Below, piece after piece: positions 63,369 through 64,000 of a stretch of 64,000 nucleotides of DNA. The notes below the pieces were generated by a model. It was not told the DNA's origin, ran no database searches, and worked only from the letters and a program-made list of their open reading frames with translations. Numbering within the stretch: position 1 is the stretch's first letter; each line of letters begins with the position of its first letter. Both the position numbers and the translations under genes were made by a program. The stretch is from Sandaracinaceae bacterium (GTDB taxonomy: Bacteria > Myxococcota_A > Polyangia > Polyangiales > JAFGIB01), in assembly GCA_017881055.1 (NCBI GenBank), contig JADGRF010000196.1:29031-93030 (forward strand), given 5' to 3'.

Positions 63369-64000
63369 TCACAGGGCGGGTTCCGCGTGCCGCACCGGGC
63401 CACGACGGCCACCAAAGTCGGGCGCGTTCTCGATCGCACGCGTGAGCCAAGCCTTCGCGGCCGAGCACGACGCCCACACCGATTCGCCGCGCGCCAAGCG
63501 CGCCGTGATCGCCGCCGATAGCGCACAGCCTAGCCCATGCAGCAAGCGGTTCTCGATGCGCACAGCCGGCAGCTCGTGGCACACCCCGTCGACGTACAGC
63601 CAGTCGGTGGCCGGACCCGCGCTGTGCCCGCCCTTCACGAGCACCGCGCGCGCACCGAAGTCTGCGATGGCTTTGGCCGCGTCGCGCATGCTGGCGGCGT
63701 CGTCCACGTCGCGCTGTGCCAGCTGCGCCGCTTCGTAGAGGTTGGGTGTAACCAGCGTGGTCAACGGCAGCAGATGCTTGCGCAGCGCGATCAAGCCCGA
63801 CGTATCGAGCAACGTTGCACCCGACGTGCTCGCGAAGATCGGATCGACCACGAGCGTCGTCGAACGCCGTGCAAAGATCGCCGCGACTGCCTCGACCTGC
63901 GCCGCTCCACCGAGCGCGCCCGTCTTCGCCGCTGCGGGCGGCAAGTCGGCGATCAGTGTCTCGAGCTGCGCAGCGACGAGCTCCGGCGCGAGCAGCTCGA
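63369..64000 (-). CDS. thiD: hydroxymethylpyrimidine/phosphomethylpyrimidine kinase (partial; 5' end beyond the window)
   Basis: ..AKTGALG.., VVDPIFASTSG, LVTPNLYEAAQL, VLVKGGH and HGLGCALSAAITA blocks. The frame remains open to base 64000. Confidence 0.88.
   Translation of the reverse strand, partial: ELLAPELVAAQLETLIADLPPAAAKTGALGGAAQVEAVAAIFARRSTTLVVDPIFASTSGATLLDTSGLIALRKHLLPLTTLVTPNLYEAAQLAQRDVDDAASMRDAAKAIADFGARAVLVKGGHSAGPATDWLYVDGVCHELPAVRIENRLLHGLGCALSAAITARLARGESVWASCSAAKAWLTRAIENAPDFGGRRGPVRHAEPAL

Noticed and set aside
60996-63521. An 841-aa plus-strand ORF.
   Set aside because: It is antisense to leuS, which has unmistakable HIGH/KMSKS motifs. It is a shadow ORF with no recognisable domains.

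Overview
A 64 kb, high-GC stretch (about two-thirds G+C by eye, not computed), densely coding, and most likely chromosomal DNA from a Myxococcota genome. The taxonomic guess is an inference from protein content: PEGA-domain proteins, AgmX/PglI-type TonB-C-like domains, thrombospondin-type-3 OmpA, Ser/Thr (pseudo)kinases, long Pro/Ala-rich linkers and Cys-rich lipoproteins. I call about 55 CDS. Most are housekeeping:
- manC-manB
- a cysPTWA sulfate ABC operon followed by a GAF/sigma-54 activator
- hisB, hisA
- gyrA
- pilT paralogue
- a PBP
- glbO
- lon
- gpsA
- a histidine kinase/OmpR pair
- a DEAD-box helicase
- pyrF, rlmB, pfk
- guaA, guaB
- parE-parC
- gloA, leuS, thiD (partial)

I recognised no rRNA, tRNA, CRISPR array, transposase, integrase or prophage genes. 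The many long ORFs antisense to real genes are high-GC artefacts. No classical defence or mobile island is present. The regions I consider most worth follow-up are:
1. A three-gene envelope module at 39.9-43.4 kb: a lipoprotein, a pseudokinase-GYF-TM-TonBC-like protein, and a single-RBM SctJ/FliF-like lipoprotein.
2. A lidless Hsp70 split by a ~366-aa disordered insertion and paired with its own J-protein (17.8-20.9 kb).
3. A divergent radical-SAM/GT4 and PLD/GT4 cluster (10.2-14.8 kb).
4. A five-copy 43-bp hairpin-forming tandem array immediately after lon (33.6-33.8 kb).
5. A sigma-54-type promoter in front of the sulfate transporter operon, whose 3' neighbour is a sigma-54 activator.

All functional calls come from reading motifs in the supplied translations. 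No database search was run.
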